64,000 bases of DNA from Thermodesulfobacteriota bacterium (GCA_965223335.1 OZ244991.1:1184001-1248000), one strand, 5' to 3'; counted from the stretch's first letter, positions 40,067 through 50,280 are shown. Numbers and translations: made by a program. Notes: a model not told the origin generated them from the letters alone.

Positions 40067-40141
40067 GGCGGCGTAGCTCAGAGGTAGAGCAGGGCTCTCA
40101 TAAGGCCTTTGTCGGTGGTTCGATTCCACCCGTCGCCACCA
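40067..40141 (+). tRNA. tRNA-Met(CAT), probably elongator
   Basis: Full cloverleaf GGCGGCG...CTCATAA...TTCGATT...CGTCGCC-A-CCA. The paired G1:C72 argues against initiator; tRNA-Ile2 is not fully excluded. Confidence 0.93.
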
Positions 40142-40181
40142 TTGCTAATCTCTACGTATTACAAGAGTTGAAGAGATAGAA

Positions 40182-40517
40182 TTATTTTTTAGCCTCTTTT
40201 TTCACGATTTTTACCTTCCACTCCCCCTGCGCGTTCATATCCAGGTAGTATGTGCCTCCCTCTTCCTGGATCGATGTACCTTTTCCAGGACCTATTTGCT
40301 CGGCTGCAAAACCCAAGGGAACACTATCGGCGCTGTTTATTAGGATTTGAAGGTACTGTCCCTTTGTTTCCCACTCAATTTCCCAGTTATCAGGCACAGT
40401 AAAGGGCTCGGTGCTAAATGTTTCACTGCCGCTAAATTCCTTTATTACCTCATCCGCACCTGCAGGTACTACGAAGCAAACTGCTATTAAGATCCCAACT
40501 GCTATATGTCTTTTCAT
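40182..40517 (-). CDS. Exported beta-rich hypothetical protein
   Basis: Signal peptide ending AGA, SD GGGAG. Confidence 0.65.
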   Translation of the reverse strand: MKRHIAVGILIAVCFVVPAGADEVIKEFSGSETFSTEPFTVPDNWEIEWETKGQYLQILINSADSVPLGFAAEQIGPGKGTSIQEEGGTYYLDMNAQGEWKVKIVKKEAKK

Positions 40518-40624
40518 ATTCTCCCTCTGTTCAAATGGTTTTCAGGTTGTTTGACTTGTAACAATGAAGATACTCGAATGAGGTAATTAATGATAGAAAT
40601 TTTGAGACCAACTATAGTTTGTTC

Positions 40625-41848
40625 CTACAAAATAAATCCCCACACAGTCTGTATCACCAAAAAACCTATGCACAGTATAAACCCCAGTATAGGGACAGCT
40701 AGGGGATAAGTCTTTACTCCCTCGGGGTGCGGGTTCTTAAGTTTAAGCCAGATAAGCGATAGGTTCATAAGAGCAAACACCGCAAGCGTGATCGTGCTTG
40801 AGATCTCAGCCAGATTCAGTAACGGCAGCCATAACGCCAGTACGAGTATTGCTATGGTAATTGTGGCAGTGGCAATCACAGGGGTTCTCGTTATCCGGTT
40901 CACAGACGAAAATATGCGCGGTGCCATCGAGCGTTTCCCCATCCCATAGAGTATCCGCGACCCCATAATAATCTGTATCAATGCCCCGTTTACAACTGCC
41001 AAGATGCTCACCGCACTAATGGGCTTTGGGGATAGATCTGTTTTGTGCTCGAATATAGCTGCCAGGGGTGATTTGCTTGCGGCCAGGATTTCAAGCGGCA
41101 GTGAGAGCACAGCCGCGAGCGAGACCAGCAGATATAATAGGGTTGTGACCATAAGAGCAATGATTATTGCAATAGGCAGGTTGCGTCTAGGGTCCTTAGT
41201 TTCCTCGGCCACGTTAACTATGTCTTCAAAACCCACAAACGCATAGAAGGCCAGAAACGCGCCTAGCGATATTGCAATCCAGCTCCCTGCCTCCAAGGGC
41301 GGTAACAGCTCGTCTGTTCTACTCCCAAGCTCTGCGAACGATCCACCCGCAACTACTATTACAGACACAAGGCCTATGATCTCTATTATGGTTATAATCG
41401 CCGCCGCGGTTACAGATTCCGTTATACCCCACGACGCCAGCGCTCCCAGAGTGATTACCAGCAGTACAATAGCCAGCCACTCAGGGGTGTTGAAAAAGAT
41501 CTGAAAATATCCCACAAATCCCTTGGATATAGTCGCGGCCGATACGGTTCCTATTGCCACCACCGACCATCCCACCACAGCCGATACAAAGCGCAGCGAA
41601 AATGCCTCTTGGGCATACACCGCCTCCCCCGCACTCTGGGGGTGCCTGGAAGAAAGCTCGGCATAGGAAAATGCTGTAAACCCGGCTATTACCGATGCCA
41701 CAAGGAACGACAATGGGACATACATCCCCGCCTTCCCCGCAACCTCTCCTATCAGCACATATATCCCTGCTCCTAAAATAGTGCCAATGCCATAAAGTGC
41801 CACCATGGGCACCGACAACGATCGTTTTAAAGAAGGTGTGTCTGGAAT
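40625..41848 (-). CDS. APC family amino acid permease, probable ATT start
   Basis: LKRSLS..GTILGAGIY, FYAFVGFE, AEETKDP. Confidence 0.9.
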   Translation of the reverse strand: MPDTPSLKRSLSVPMVALYGIGTILGAGIYVLIGEVAGKAGMYVPLSFLVASVIAGFTAFSYAELSSRHPQSAGEAVYAQEAFSLRFVSAVVGWSVVAIGTVSAATISKGFVGYFQIFFNTPEWLAIVLLVITLGALASWGITESVTAAAIITIIEIIGLVSVIVVAGGSFAELGSRTDELLPPLEAGSWIAISLGAFLAFYAFVGFEDIVNVAEETKDPRRNLPIAIIIALMVTTLLYLLVSLAAVLSLPLEILAASKSPLAAIFEHKTDLSPKPISAVSILAVVNGALIQIIMGSRILYGMGKRSMAPRIFSSVNRITRTPVIATATITIAILVLALWLPLLNLAEISSTITLAVFALMNLSLIWLKLKNPHPEGVKTYPLAVPILGFILCIGFLVIQTVWGFIL

Positions 41849-41942
41849 TTTTATTCCCCTGACCCAAATAATCTACATATAATTGAAAGTCATTGTAGAT
41901 TTTCGTACTGCTTCTCAGTAGCAACTATAAGACAATATGGCA

Positions 41943-42350
41943 TTAGTCTCTATCTTCTTCATCATGAAAATTCAAAGAACATGAATTAATACAATATCTA
42001 AGCCCTGTGGGTTTCGGACCGTCAGGAAATAGATGTCCGAGGTGTGCATCGCAGTTCTTACACATTACCTCTGTTCTCACCATTCCATAGCTGTTGTCGA
42101 TCTCTTGTTTGATATTAGTGCCGTCATGGGGTTCCCAAAAACTCGGCCATCCCGTGCCCGAATCATATTTTGTGTCGGAATGAAACAGTTTTTCCCCACA
42201 GCACTTACACACATATACACCTTTCTCTTTATGGTTGTGGTATTCACCGCTAAACGGTTTTTCAGTGCCCTTTTCCCTTGTTACGTGGTACTCTTCTTCC
42301 GTTAGCTGCTGACGCCATTTATCGTCCGATGTTTTTTCTTGTTTAGTCAT
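41943..42350 (-). CDS. msrB: Methionine-R-sulfoxide reductase
   Basis: [30 protein letters not shown]. Confidence 0.97.
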   Translation of the reverse strand: MTKQEKTSDDKWRQQLTEEEYHVTREKGTEKPFSGEYHNHKEKGVYVCKCCGEKLFHSDTKYDSGTGWPSFWEPHDGTNIKQEIDNSYGMVRTEVMCKNCDAHLGHLFPDGPKPTGLRYCINSCSLNFHDEEDRD

Positions 42351-42419
42351 AGTATGAAATCTCCTTCCACCACCTCACTATGATTGCTTAAGCATAAAAT
42401 GATACAGCTCTACCCGGGT

Positions 42420-43997
42420 CTACGCAATCGATTTCTTGCCCCTTCGAGTGAAACTAAACCATGCAATAACTGCCGAGAGCCCGGACAATACACACGACAC
42501 ATACATCATTACCCTAAAACTGGCTAAAAAAGAGCTTTTCACTGCGTCTACTAATCTTGTGCGTGTCGGTTCCTCAATGTGCTCTGGTATCTCTATGCCG
42601 GCTAGTTTGATGCGCTGTTGGTCGATTATCTCCCTGGTCTCCACCCCTATCTCGATGGGTACTAGCTCACGGTCAAGCGCTTTATTGAACACGCTTAAAG
42701 CAAATACACCCAACACGGCAATTGCGAGCAACCCCGCTATTCTGCCTACCGAGTTATTAATCCCCGATGCTATCCCCGAATACTCCACATCTATGGAGCT
42801 CATTACCGCAGTCGTTAGAGGGGCAATTGTTATGGACATGCCTACTCCGAGTATGCTTATTGCAGGCAAGAACTCTATCCAGTAGCTCCCTCCGATCCCG
42901 GGGATGGTAAACACATAGTAGCCAACGGCAGTTATCAGCGTGCCTATTACCAACGGCATCTTTGCCCCGTACCTAACCACTAATCCTCCCGCCCATCGCG
43001 AGAATAGAAACAGTGCTAGAATTAAGGGCAGGAAAGCAACCCCTACTCCCGCTGCCGAATACCCTTGGAGTTGTATTAGGTTAAACGGGATGAAGAAAAT
43101 CGCTGAGCCCCAGGCTCCCCAGTATAGGAGTGTCAAAAGGTTTGCACCCGAGAATGCCTTGGATCTAAATAAACTAAGGGGCATCATCGGATTCGGGGTG
43201 CGGTATTCGGTAATAATAAACGCTATTAATCCCACAGCCCCTATAATGAACGATATGACTACTTTTGGGTGCGAGAAACCGATATTTGCCGAATCAATCA
43301 GCCCGAAAACTATCCCGCCCAGGCCCAAGATAGCAAATATAGACCCGAGCCAATCGAGTCTGCCGCCGTTATCGTCCTTCGAGCTCTCAGGTATACGCAT
43401 GTAAAGTGTGGCCAGTACTACAAAGGCAATCGGTACATTTATGAAAAACACATAACGCCACGATAGATTTTCAGATAACCAGCCTCCAAGGATCGGACCA
43501 AGTGCCGTAGTAATTGCTGTGAAAGCCGACCATGTGCCAATGGCCCTTCCGCGCTCCCGTTCATCAAAAAACACTGTGACGATGGCAAGACTCCCCGGCA
43601 CCAATAGTGCACCGCCTACCCCCTGGAACCCTCTTGCGATAATCAACTGGCTTGTGTTCTGCGAGAGCCCGCACCAAATTGACGATGCCGTGAATAGCAC
43701 TATGCCGATTGCAAATATTAAGCGGCGCCCGTACTTGTCTCCCAACGCCCCCCCGAGAAGCATCAAGGATGACATAAACAGCGCATAGGACTCGATTATC
43801 CACTGCACCTGTGGGATGGTGGCTCCCAGTTCCCTTTGCAGCACAGGCAGTATTACATTCATAGCCGTGCTGTCTATGAACGCCATACTCGAGCCTAGGA
43901 TCGTTGCAACTAAAACCCACTTTCCTGCGCTGGTCGATATTTTGGGGAATTTATTTGAGTCTTCTGTTTCCGTGTTCTCGCTTATCCGATTACCCAT
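42420..43997 (-). CDS. MFS transporter, DHA2 (EmrB/QacA-like)
   Basis: GALGDKYGRR, RGFQGVGGA, WRYVFFINVP. Confidence 0.93.
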   Translation of the reverse strand: MGNRISENTETEDSNKFPKISTSAGKWVLVATILGSSMAFIDSTAMNVILPVLQRELGATIPQVQWIIESYALFMSSLMLLGGALGDKYGRRLIFAIGIVLFTASSIWCGLSQNTSQLIIARGFQGVGGALLVPGSLAIVTVFFDERERGRAIGTWSAFTAITTALGPILGGWLSENLSWRYVFFINVPIAFVVLATLYMRIPESSKDDNGGRLDWLGSIFAILGLGGIVFGLIDSANIGFSHPKVVISFIIGAVGLIAFIITEYRTPNPMMPLSLFRSKAFSGANLLTLLYWGAWGSAIFFIPFNLIQLQGYSAAGVGVAFLPLILALFLFSRWAGGLVVRYGAKMPLVIGTLITAVGYYVFTIPGIGGSYWIEFLPAISILGVGMSITIAPLTTAVMSSIDVEYSGIASGINNSVGRIAGLLAIAVLGVFALSVFNKALDRELVPIEIGVETREIIDQQRIKLAGIEIPEHIEEPTRTRLVDAVKSSFLASFRVMMYVSCVLSGLSAVIAWFSFTRRGKKSIA

Positions 43998-44117
43998 ATA
44001 CAGTCACACCTAAATGTTCTTTATGCCCGGGGCAATGTCAAACTAAGTATTTAGGTAAGCAAAAGCTATACCGTGTAGAAGTCAGATGGCAACACCGGGT
44101 TCGTAGTATGCTGCTTG

Positions 44118-45464
44118 TTATGGTGGGAAGCACTCACCAAAGGATTTTAATAGTTTTATCGGGCCTTTAACACGTATCTTTCTAGACAGCAGCGCACCGA
44201 GTATACCTGCTTCTTTTCTTATAAAACTCAACCAGCGCTCCGCATCGGCATGTATCACAGAGTCGGCCTTACCAATGTGATCGGGCTCTATCCCAAGGGT
44301 TTTATCCTTAATCGTAATTGTGTATTTCTTTTCCGTTTCACCTGTAAAGGTAAAGTGATAAACGGCGTTTAGATCCTTTGACCTCTCCCTTTGAAATATA
44401 AGTCGGAGACCCGTTATAAAGTCATCAATCGTGTGCGGGCGAAGCGCGTTTGAGACTCTCTTTGTCTTTTTGTGTTGAAACCTCTTTTTTACATAGAGTT
44501 CCGGGTCTGAGTTCGGTATAACATAGACGGTCTCGGTTTTATCTTGAAACGGTCTAACGACCTCATCTAGGTAATGGGCCCTGTTTTCTAGGAACGGCCC
44601 AATGACATCTTCACCGGCTGGGCACACGGCTATGCAGTTGGCCGCTTTGTAGTTGGCTCCGTAGGTTATGCTCTGCCACATTGATACAGTCTCGGGGTCA
44701 GATACCCTAGCTCTGTACTCACGCGCGTCTTTGCTCTCCGCAAGGTTCTCTATCCAGTCTTGGAACCCGCTCATGAACTCTCTGTAGTTATGTGTGTAGC
44801 AGGCCGAGAAGTCAAAATAGCCATCGGGGTGGATCGCACCTGTGGGGCATGCGGCTACACATAGCTTGCACTTTAAGCATGGGTTGTAGTCAATGGGGCT
44901 ACTATATTTTGCAACCCTGTTTTCGAGTAGAATGGTACCAAGCAGTATATAGTTGCCGAACTTCGGGTGAATTACGTTCCTATGTATACCCATCATCCCG
45001 AGCCCTGCAGCCACAGCAACAACCTTGTGCGAAACTGTCCAGATCTTCCCCGATCCCCACCTGCTCATCTCCATCGGAAAAGCCATTGCGGGGTTAACTG
45101 CACGGATTCCTCTGTTTTCTAATTCGGTGACGATATCCCGGCACACATCGTTTATCTTATGCCCTGTGCTGTGGAACTCTGTGTTGGCCACAGACCTTGC
45201 CGGGCTTCTTACTGGTTCACGGTTCATTCTACACACTATGCTTATGAGGCTACGGGTGGGTGAAAATGCCTCCATAATGTGCTCTCTGTCTTTATCGAGT
45301 TCCGGTATATCTATATTTACAAAGCCGACATCATCTGCGCCAGCCTTGAGGCAGAGGTCTTTCAATTGATTATGATCTAGAATCTCGTCACTTTTATGTG
45401 TGTGCTGCGAAGAGACATGCTTGCGGTATTTTATCACTGTGGGATGATCGTTTAATTTTGCCAT
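44118..45464 (-). CDS. QueG/reductive-dehalogenase-like Fe-S protein with C-terminal SCP2 domain
   Basis: GADDVGF, SHKVVAVAAGLG..G, PKFG, CLKCKLCVAACP, CIAVCP; SCP2-like tail ending KIRVKG. Confidence 0.8.
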   Translation of the reverse strand: MAKLNDHPTVIKYRKHVSSQHTHKSDEILDHNQLKDLCLKAGADDVGFVNIDIPELDKDREHIMEAFSPTRSLISIVCRMNREPVRSPARSVANTEFHSTGHKINDVCRDIVTELENRGIRAVNPAMAFPMEMSRWGSGKIWTVSHKVVAVAAGLGMMGIHRNVIHPKFGNYILLGTILLENRVAKYSSPIDYNPCLKCKLCVAACPTGAIHPDGYFDFSACYTHNYREFMSGFQDWIENLAESKDAREYRARVSDPETVSMWQSITYGANYKAANCIAVCPAGEDVIGPFLENRAHYLDEVVRPFQDKTETVYVIPNSDPELYVKKRFQHKKTKRVSNALRPHTIDDFITGLRLIFQRERSKDLNAVYHFTFTGETEKKYTITIKDKTLGIEPDHIGKADSVIHADAERWLSFIRKEAGILGALLSRKIRVKGPIKLLKSFGECFPP

Positions 45465-45496
45465 CTACATTTCCTCTGCCTCATTTATTTGATTTG

Positions 45497-46354
45497 CTAT
45501 ACAGCTTTGGTGTGTTGGAAGGTCTTGCCGTTATATGTGCCCAATACACGTGAGATCACTTTGTTGGGGAGCAGTCTTACTACCGCATCACCCAGAGTCG
45601 GTGAGATAGCATCGGCAGCTAGCAGGAAATTGGGTTGGAACGGTACTATAATCCGCGCGTGGTTATGATGCACTCCGTTTAAGACTGCATCGGCTACAGC
45701 TTTGGCCGATAGAGGTGTCATTCTGCGAAATGGAGGGGGCATGTCTTCGGGGCTTACATTATCGAATAGCGAGGTCTGTGTGAGACCCGGGTGGATGGTG
45801 GACACATTAATATCGGTTCCGTGGAGCTCTTGGCGTAGTGCATCTGTGAATGCTGTAATTGCATGCATTGCAGCCGAGTAGCCGCCGAACTTGGGGAACG
45901 CCTTTCTGCCCACAATCGACGACATGTTTATAATATGGCCCTTGCCGCTTTTCTTCATAATCCCCAGGATTACACTCGTGGTATTTACCGTTCCAAAGAA
46001 ATCTGTGTCCATCATCTGCTTGGTGTCTTCCATAAAATCGGGGCTATCTATGGGGCCGACAAAGGTCCTCCCGGCGTTGTTAAAGAGTATATCGACCCTG
46101 CCAAATTTGTTAACCACTGCGCGGGCCATAGAGCTTACTTCTTCGCGGGAGGAGACATCGGTCGGAACTACAAACGAGCTGCCCCCGGTTTTATCTATCT
46201 GCTCAGCCACCTTATTCAATTTATCCAAAGAGCGTGATACGAGGACGGTTTTAGCACCCTCCTTAGCAAATGCGATTGCGGTCTCTCGTCCTATACCGCT
46301 CGATGCACCTGTCACAACCACTACTCTGTCCTCAAACCTATTTTGCTTATACAT
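45497..46354 (-). CDS. Short-chain dehydrogenase/reductase
   Basis: TGASSGIG, NNAG; YSAAM in place of YxxxK. Confidence 0.9.
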   Translation of the reverse strand: MYKQNRFEDRVVVVTGASSGIGRETAIAFAKEGAKTVLVSRSLDKLNKVAEQIDKTGGSSFVVPTDVSSREEVSSMARAVVNKFGRVDILFNNAGRTFVGPIDSPDFMEDTKQMMDTDFFGTVNTTSVILGIMKKSGKGHIINMSSIVGRKAFPKFGGYSAAMHAITAFTDALRQELHGTDINVSTIHPGLTQTSLFDNVSPEDMPPPFRRMTPLSAKAVADAVLNGVHHNHARIIVPFQPNFLLAADAISPTLGDAVVRLLPNKVISRVLGTYNGKTFQHTKAV

Positions 46355-46371
46355 ATTAAGACCTCCTTATA

Positions 46372-46391
46372 TTACGTGCATATACACATAT
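46372..46391. promoter_or_regulatory. Candidate MarR operator, copy 1
   Basis: TTACGTGCATATACACATAT upstream of the SDR; quasi-palindromic. Confidence 0.7.
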
Positions 46392-46405
46392 ATATTTAAA
46401 TTTTT

Positions 46406-46879
46406 TTATACACTCTGCGACCTTGCCACGAGCTCTCTTAGGTTAGAGATGGTGGCGGTCCATTTTCCTTTGCCCATCATTTTTTTTATTTTATCCTGAG
46501 TTTGTTTCCAGTAGGGTAGCGAGCGTTCAAGCGTGTCCTCGCCCTTTTTTGTTATCTCTATGTAGCGGGTCCTCTTGTCTTTGCCCGACTTAACTGTAAT
46601 GAGCCCGTTTTTCTCAAGCGGGTTTAGGTTGCGGGCAAGTGTGGTGCGGTCGGTCACGATTTTTTCTGCCAAAACAGATATCGTTACGGGCCCAAATACC
46701 TTGATGTGAACAAGCATGGTGAACTGTGTACCCCGTAACCCTAAGGGGCGTAGCGCATCGTCAAAAAGTTGTGTGACCGAGCGCGATGCTTTACGAAGGT
46801 TAAAACATGTGCAGTCCGCACACTCCGCGAGGTTCTCTAAATTTGGACTGCTTAGCGATGATTTATTATGAGCTGCCAT
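46406..46879 (-). CDS. MarR family regulator
   Basis: CTCFNLRKASR, TQFTML, DRTTLARNL, DKR. Confidence 0.93.
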   Translation of the reverse strand: MAAHNKSSLSSPNLENLAECADCTCFNLRKASRSVTQLFDDALRPLGLRGTQFTMLVHIKVFGPVTISVLAEKIVTDRTTLARNLNPLEKNGLITVKSGKDKRTRYIEITKKGEDTLERSLPYWKQTQDKIKKMMGKGKWTATISNLRELVARSQSV

Positions 46880-46883
46880 ACAT

Positions 46884-46917
46884 TTACGAGTATATACACA
46901 TATTAATTAAAAGTCAA
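46884..46917 (-). promoter_or_regulatory. marR promoter overlapped by operator copy 2
   Basis: TTGACT-17-TATACT; TTACGAGTATATACACATAT (46884-46903) is 18/20 identical to copy 1. Confidence 0.72.
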
Positions 46918-46946
46918 TCCGTTTTTTACCAAATAATTCTTTAAAT

Positions 46947-46972
46947 ATTAGGGGCGGGTGTCCGCCCCTAAT
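46947..46972 (-). terminator. Terminator hairpin after trxA
   Basis: ATTAGGGGCGG-GTGT-CCGCCCCTAAT. Confidence 0.7.
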
Positions 46973-46975
46973 TTG

Positions 46976-47317
46976 CTATGCAGTGGCGTTTTCAACCAGA
47001 GAGTTCTCGATTGACTCGGATAGATGATCCTTGGGTAGCGCACCTACGATACGGTCTATGGGCTCACCGTTTCTAAACAGTAGCAGTGTCGGTATGCTGC
47101 GAATCTGGTAGAGTGCTGCGGTACTTGGGTTTTCATCGACATTTAATTTCATAACCTCAATTTTCCCATCGTACTCCTCTGCCAGCTCTTCTATTACAGG
47201 CGCAAGTGCGCGGCACGGCCCGCACCACGATGCCCAAAAATCTACCAGAACCGGCAGTTCTGAACTTAAAACCTTTTCATCAAAATCGTTGTCTGTAATC
47301 TGCGTTACTTTGCTCAT
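46976..47317 (-). CDS. trxA: Thioredoxin
   Basis: [17 protein letters not shown]. Confidence 0.96.
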   Translation of the reverse strand: MSKVTQITDNDFDEKVLSSELPVLVDFWASWCGPCRALAPVIEELAEEYDGKIEVMKLNVDENPSTAALYQIRSIPTLLLFRNGEPIDRIVGALPKDHLSESIENSLVENATA

Positions 47318-47495
47318 TTCGTTTACCTCCTACACTCAAATTAAATTGTCGAATATTTAGATAACAAACAATATAAAAGGATTCAGAGTAAGTTTTTAAG
47401 TGTTTGGAACCAGCAGTTGGGATAAACAAAGTGCCTAAAACCGAAAAATGTATATGTGCTATACTTTAGGGAATAATTGGTGGAGATAATAATCC

Positions 47496-48200
47496 ATGCT
47501 GGATATTAAGGACCTTGATCTAAAAGACGTTGGTAATCTAAACAACTTCTCTGGGTGTGTGCCACTGTTCCCGCTCTCTACGGTAGTGTTCTTCCCCAAC
47601 ACATTATTACCCCTACATATCTTTGAACCTCGCTACAAACAGATGATTAACGATACGATGTCGGGGGAAAAGATCATAGCAATGGCACTATTCAAACCGG
47701 GATGGGAGAAGGATTATTACGGCAACCCGGACGTTTATACCGTAACCGGGATCGGACGTATAGTGAGTTCGGAGACTATAGATGACGGCAAGTACAATAT
47801 AGTCCTCTACGGATTAAAACGAGCAAGGATAACTAACATCGTTAAGGAAAAACCTTACCGATTGGCCGAGGTCGAATTGGTTGAAAATGAGTTTGGTACT
47901 ACAGATGATATATACAGACAAAAAATAGCTGACCTGGTTACAAGGTGGAATTTTTTGTTAGATGATAATGAAAAATCACATAGGATAGACGTAAACACAT
48001 CGCTTCCTTTAGAGAATCTGACCGATGCACTGGCTACGTTGGTAATATCAAATGTGTTTGATAAACAGCGGTATATGGAAGAACCGCGTGTGGAGAGCCG
48101 GGCAAAGATGCTGATTGCATTTCTCCAAACAAGGCTCGATATGATTACCATCACCTCGAGAAAAAGAGATCAGATAATAGAGAAAAGAAACCTAAATTAA
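47496..48200 (+). CDS. LON peptidase substrate-binding domain protein
   Basis: PLFPL..VFFP..LPLHIFEPRY. Confidence 0.9.
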   Translation: MLDIKDLDLKDVGNLNNFSGCVPLFPLSTVVFFPNTLLPLHIFEPRYKQMINDTMSGEKIIAMALFKPGWEKDYYGNPDVYTVTGIGRIVSSETIDDGKYNIVLYGLKRARITNIVKEKPYRLAEVELVENEFGTTDDIYRQKIADLVTRWNFLLDDNEKSHRIDVNTSLPLENLTDALATLVISNVFDKQRYMEEPRVESRAKMLIAFLQTRLDMITITSRKRDQIIEKRNLN

Positions 48201-48203
48201 CGG

Positions 48204-48998
48204 CTAGTCGTCAATAAATTCGAGCACAGCTCTATCGACTTCAGGCTGGCGTTCCCGCCAAAACCCGTGACCCACATCCTCAAATATTAAAAGCTTTGAA
48301 TCCGGGATAAGCTCCGCAAGTTCCCTGGATCTATCGGGGGATGCAATCATATCCGTAGCCCCCAACATAACCAGAGTAGGTGCGTTTATAGTGTGTAAAT
48401 GAGTGCGGGTGTCGTGTTGCTCGCACGCGTTACTCTGACCTTTGTAGCCGCTTAGTGCTTCATCGGATTCTTCCAGATAACTCATTGCTGTTTTAATACT
48501 CTCGATGTTGTTCTCTATATATTTTCTAGTGTATCCCAAAAAAAGTGCCATTAACCAAACGGTTTTCATGCCGGATTTCTCTGCAATCTCGCGTCCGACT
48601 CGAAGGATCTCATTGCCCACCTGGTCCCTGGACGCCGAGCTGCAACCCATCACAAGTTTAAGCACCCTATCCGGATAATCTATACCTATCCACTGCGCTA
48701 TCATCCCGCCCATGGACTTGCCCACAAAAAATGCCATTTCCACACCCAAGTGGTCGAGCAGTGCTATGGTGTCAGCTGCCATATCGCGTGTAGTGTAAGG
48801 ATCGAGAGGCTTTTCAGATTTCCCGGCCCCACGGTTATCAAAAACAATCACTCTGTATTGTTTTGAATATAGCGGTACCTGTGTAGCCCAGCTCGTGATT
48901 TGGCTACCTAGGCCTCCGATTAATACAACGCACGGACGAGACGGGTCGCCGTGGCTCTCGTAATTTATATTAATACCGTTTACCTCTGCTATCGGCAA
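48204..48998 (-). CDS. Alpha/beta hydrolase
   Basis: DNRGAGKS, GKSMGG, GH. Confidence 0.9.
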   Translation of the reverse strand: MPIAEVNGININYESHGDPSRPCVVLIGGLGSQITSWATQVPLYSKQYRVIVFDNRGAGKSEKPLDPYTTRDMAADTIALLDHLGVEMAFFVGKSMGGMIAQWIGIDYPDRVLKLVMGCSSASRDQVGNEILRVGREIAEKSGMKTVWLMALFLGYTRKYIENNIESIKTAMSYLEESDEALSGYKGQSNACEQHDTRTHLHTINAPTLVMLGATDMIASPDRSRELAELIPDSKLLIFEDVGHGFWRERQPEVDRAVLEFIDD

Positions 48999-49003
48999 TG
49001 TGC

Positions 49004-49432
49004 TTACTCCTTTTTACTAGATGGGATTTTTGATTCCAGGTACTCCCTCAATATTACTACGGCGGCTAGCTTATCGATGACTTTTTTTCGTTTTTTTCGG
49101 CTCACATCGGCTTCGAGCAAAGCCTTTTCTGCATGGGTGGTGGAGAAACTCTCGTCCCAGAAAACTATAGTCAGCGAAAACTCTTTTTCGATTGCCTTAG
49201 CAAATTTTTCTATATCTTTACCCCTTTTGGTGATATTCCCTTCGTCATCGTACGGCATGCCTACCACAATCTCGTTAGGTTCTAGTTCATTGATGATCTC
49301 TCGCAGTGCGGATATATCGTCACTAATACTCGTTCTCTTTACGGTTGTCACACCATTTGCAGTGATGCCTAGTTCATCACTTACTGCGACCCCAATGGTT
49401 TTTGTTCCTACATCAAGTGCCAGTGTCCGCAT
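49004..49432 (-). CDS. ruvX: Pre-16S rRNA nuclease / resolvase-like YqgF (RuvX)
   Basis: LDVGTKTIGVAVSD, VVGMP, WDESFST, DKLAA. Confidence 0.95.
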   Translation of the reverse strand: MRTLALDVGTKTIGVAVSDELGITANGVTTVKRTSISDDISALREIINELEPNEIVVGMPYDDEGNITKRGKDIEKFAKAIEKEFSLTIVFWDESFSTTHAEKALLEADVSRKKRKKVIDKLAAVVILREYLESKIPSSKKE

Positions 49433-49489
49433 GAGTGTTATAAATATACTAAGATTGGTAGAAGATTAAATTATTTTTCTTAGCAAGAT

Positions 49490-50104
49490 CTAAAAGCTTG
49501 AACCGGGTTTACTTAAAAACTCTATTTCTTCTTCTGAAGACACACGACCGAGTGTGTTGTTACGGTGTGGGTATCGCCCGAACCTCTCTATTATCTCAAA
49601 GTGCTTGAGAGCATAGTCTCTAGAGTTGGCAAGTAGTTGATGGAGTTCTTTCGGCTTTTCATACGATTTTTCGAGTTCACTAAAGTACTTGATGGATAGA
49701 TGTTGAATCCTAAGTTCTTCCGAATGCATTAAGGGCATCAGAAAAAATGACTGTTCTATGGGGTGGAGAGCTTTGTAGGAACAGTCCCCTGTACCACTTA
49801 GAGCTAACGAGAGGGCTTTGGGATCTCCTGAAAAAGCCTCAGGGGTGTCTCTAAAGATATTGCGTGTGAACTGGTCTAAGAGCAAAATAAGGGTTAATTT
49901 ACCTTTTATTGAGCTCTCCCAGTCTAATAGTTCGTCATTTAATGCAGTTCTTACCAATGATCCGAACCTGTTTTCTATCTCTCTATCTAGTGAGTCGTCT
50001 TTTACCCACCATTTTTTTATATAGTTGTCCTGTGGTGCGTCAAGTCCTTCCAACTCCCCGAACCAATAGACTAAAATAGAATTTTGTTCCTCGTTTCTTA
50101 CCAT
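49490..50104 (-). CDS. DUF924 family protein
   Basis: LLDQFTRNIFR, PLMHSE, RFGRYPHRN. Confidence 0.92.
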   Translation of the reverse strand: MVRNEEQNSILVYWFGELEGLDAPQDNYIKKWWVKDDSLDREIENRFGSLVRTALNDELLDWESSIKGKLTLILLLDQFTRNIFRDTPEAFSGDPKALSLALSGTGDCSYKALHPIEQSFFLMPLMHSEELRIQHLSIKYFSELEKSYEKPKELHQLLANSRDYALKHFEIIERFGRYPHRNNTLGRVSSEEEIEFLSKPGSSF

Positions 50105-50174
50105 ATTTACACTATCTCCTGTATGATTTTACAGGGGATTTGAACGCGAATTTTAATAAATTTTAATTTTACCC

Positions 50175-50280
50175 TTGCCAAAAAATATAAAAAGTGATAC
50201 TATGAATTTCTACTTGCTGTAAACCTTATTTTACATCTAACATCTGCCGGGGAAATAGATATTTCCAACGGCGTTTTTTT
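50175..50280 (+). ncRNA. Candidate ~70-nt sRNA, span includes its promoter
   Basis: TTGCCA-17-TACTAT with extended -10 TG; hairpin 50246-50272 followed by T7. Confidence 0.45.

Noticed and set aside
40067..40200. tRNA-Met as an integration site
   Set aside because: No duplicated 3' end or integrase seen in the window
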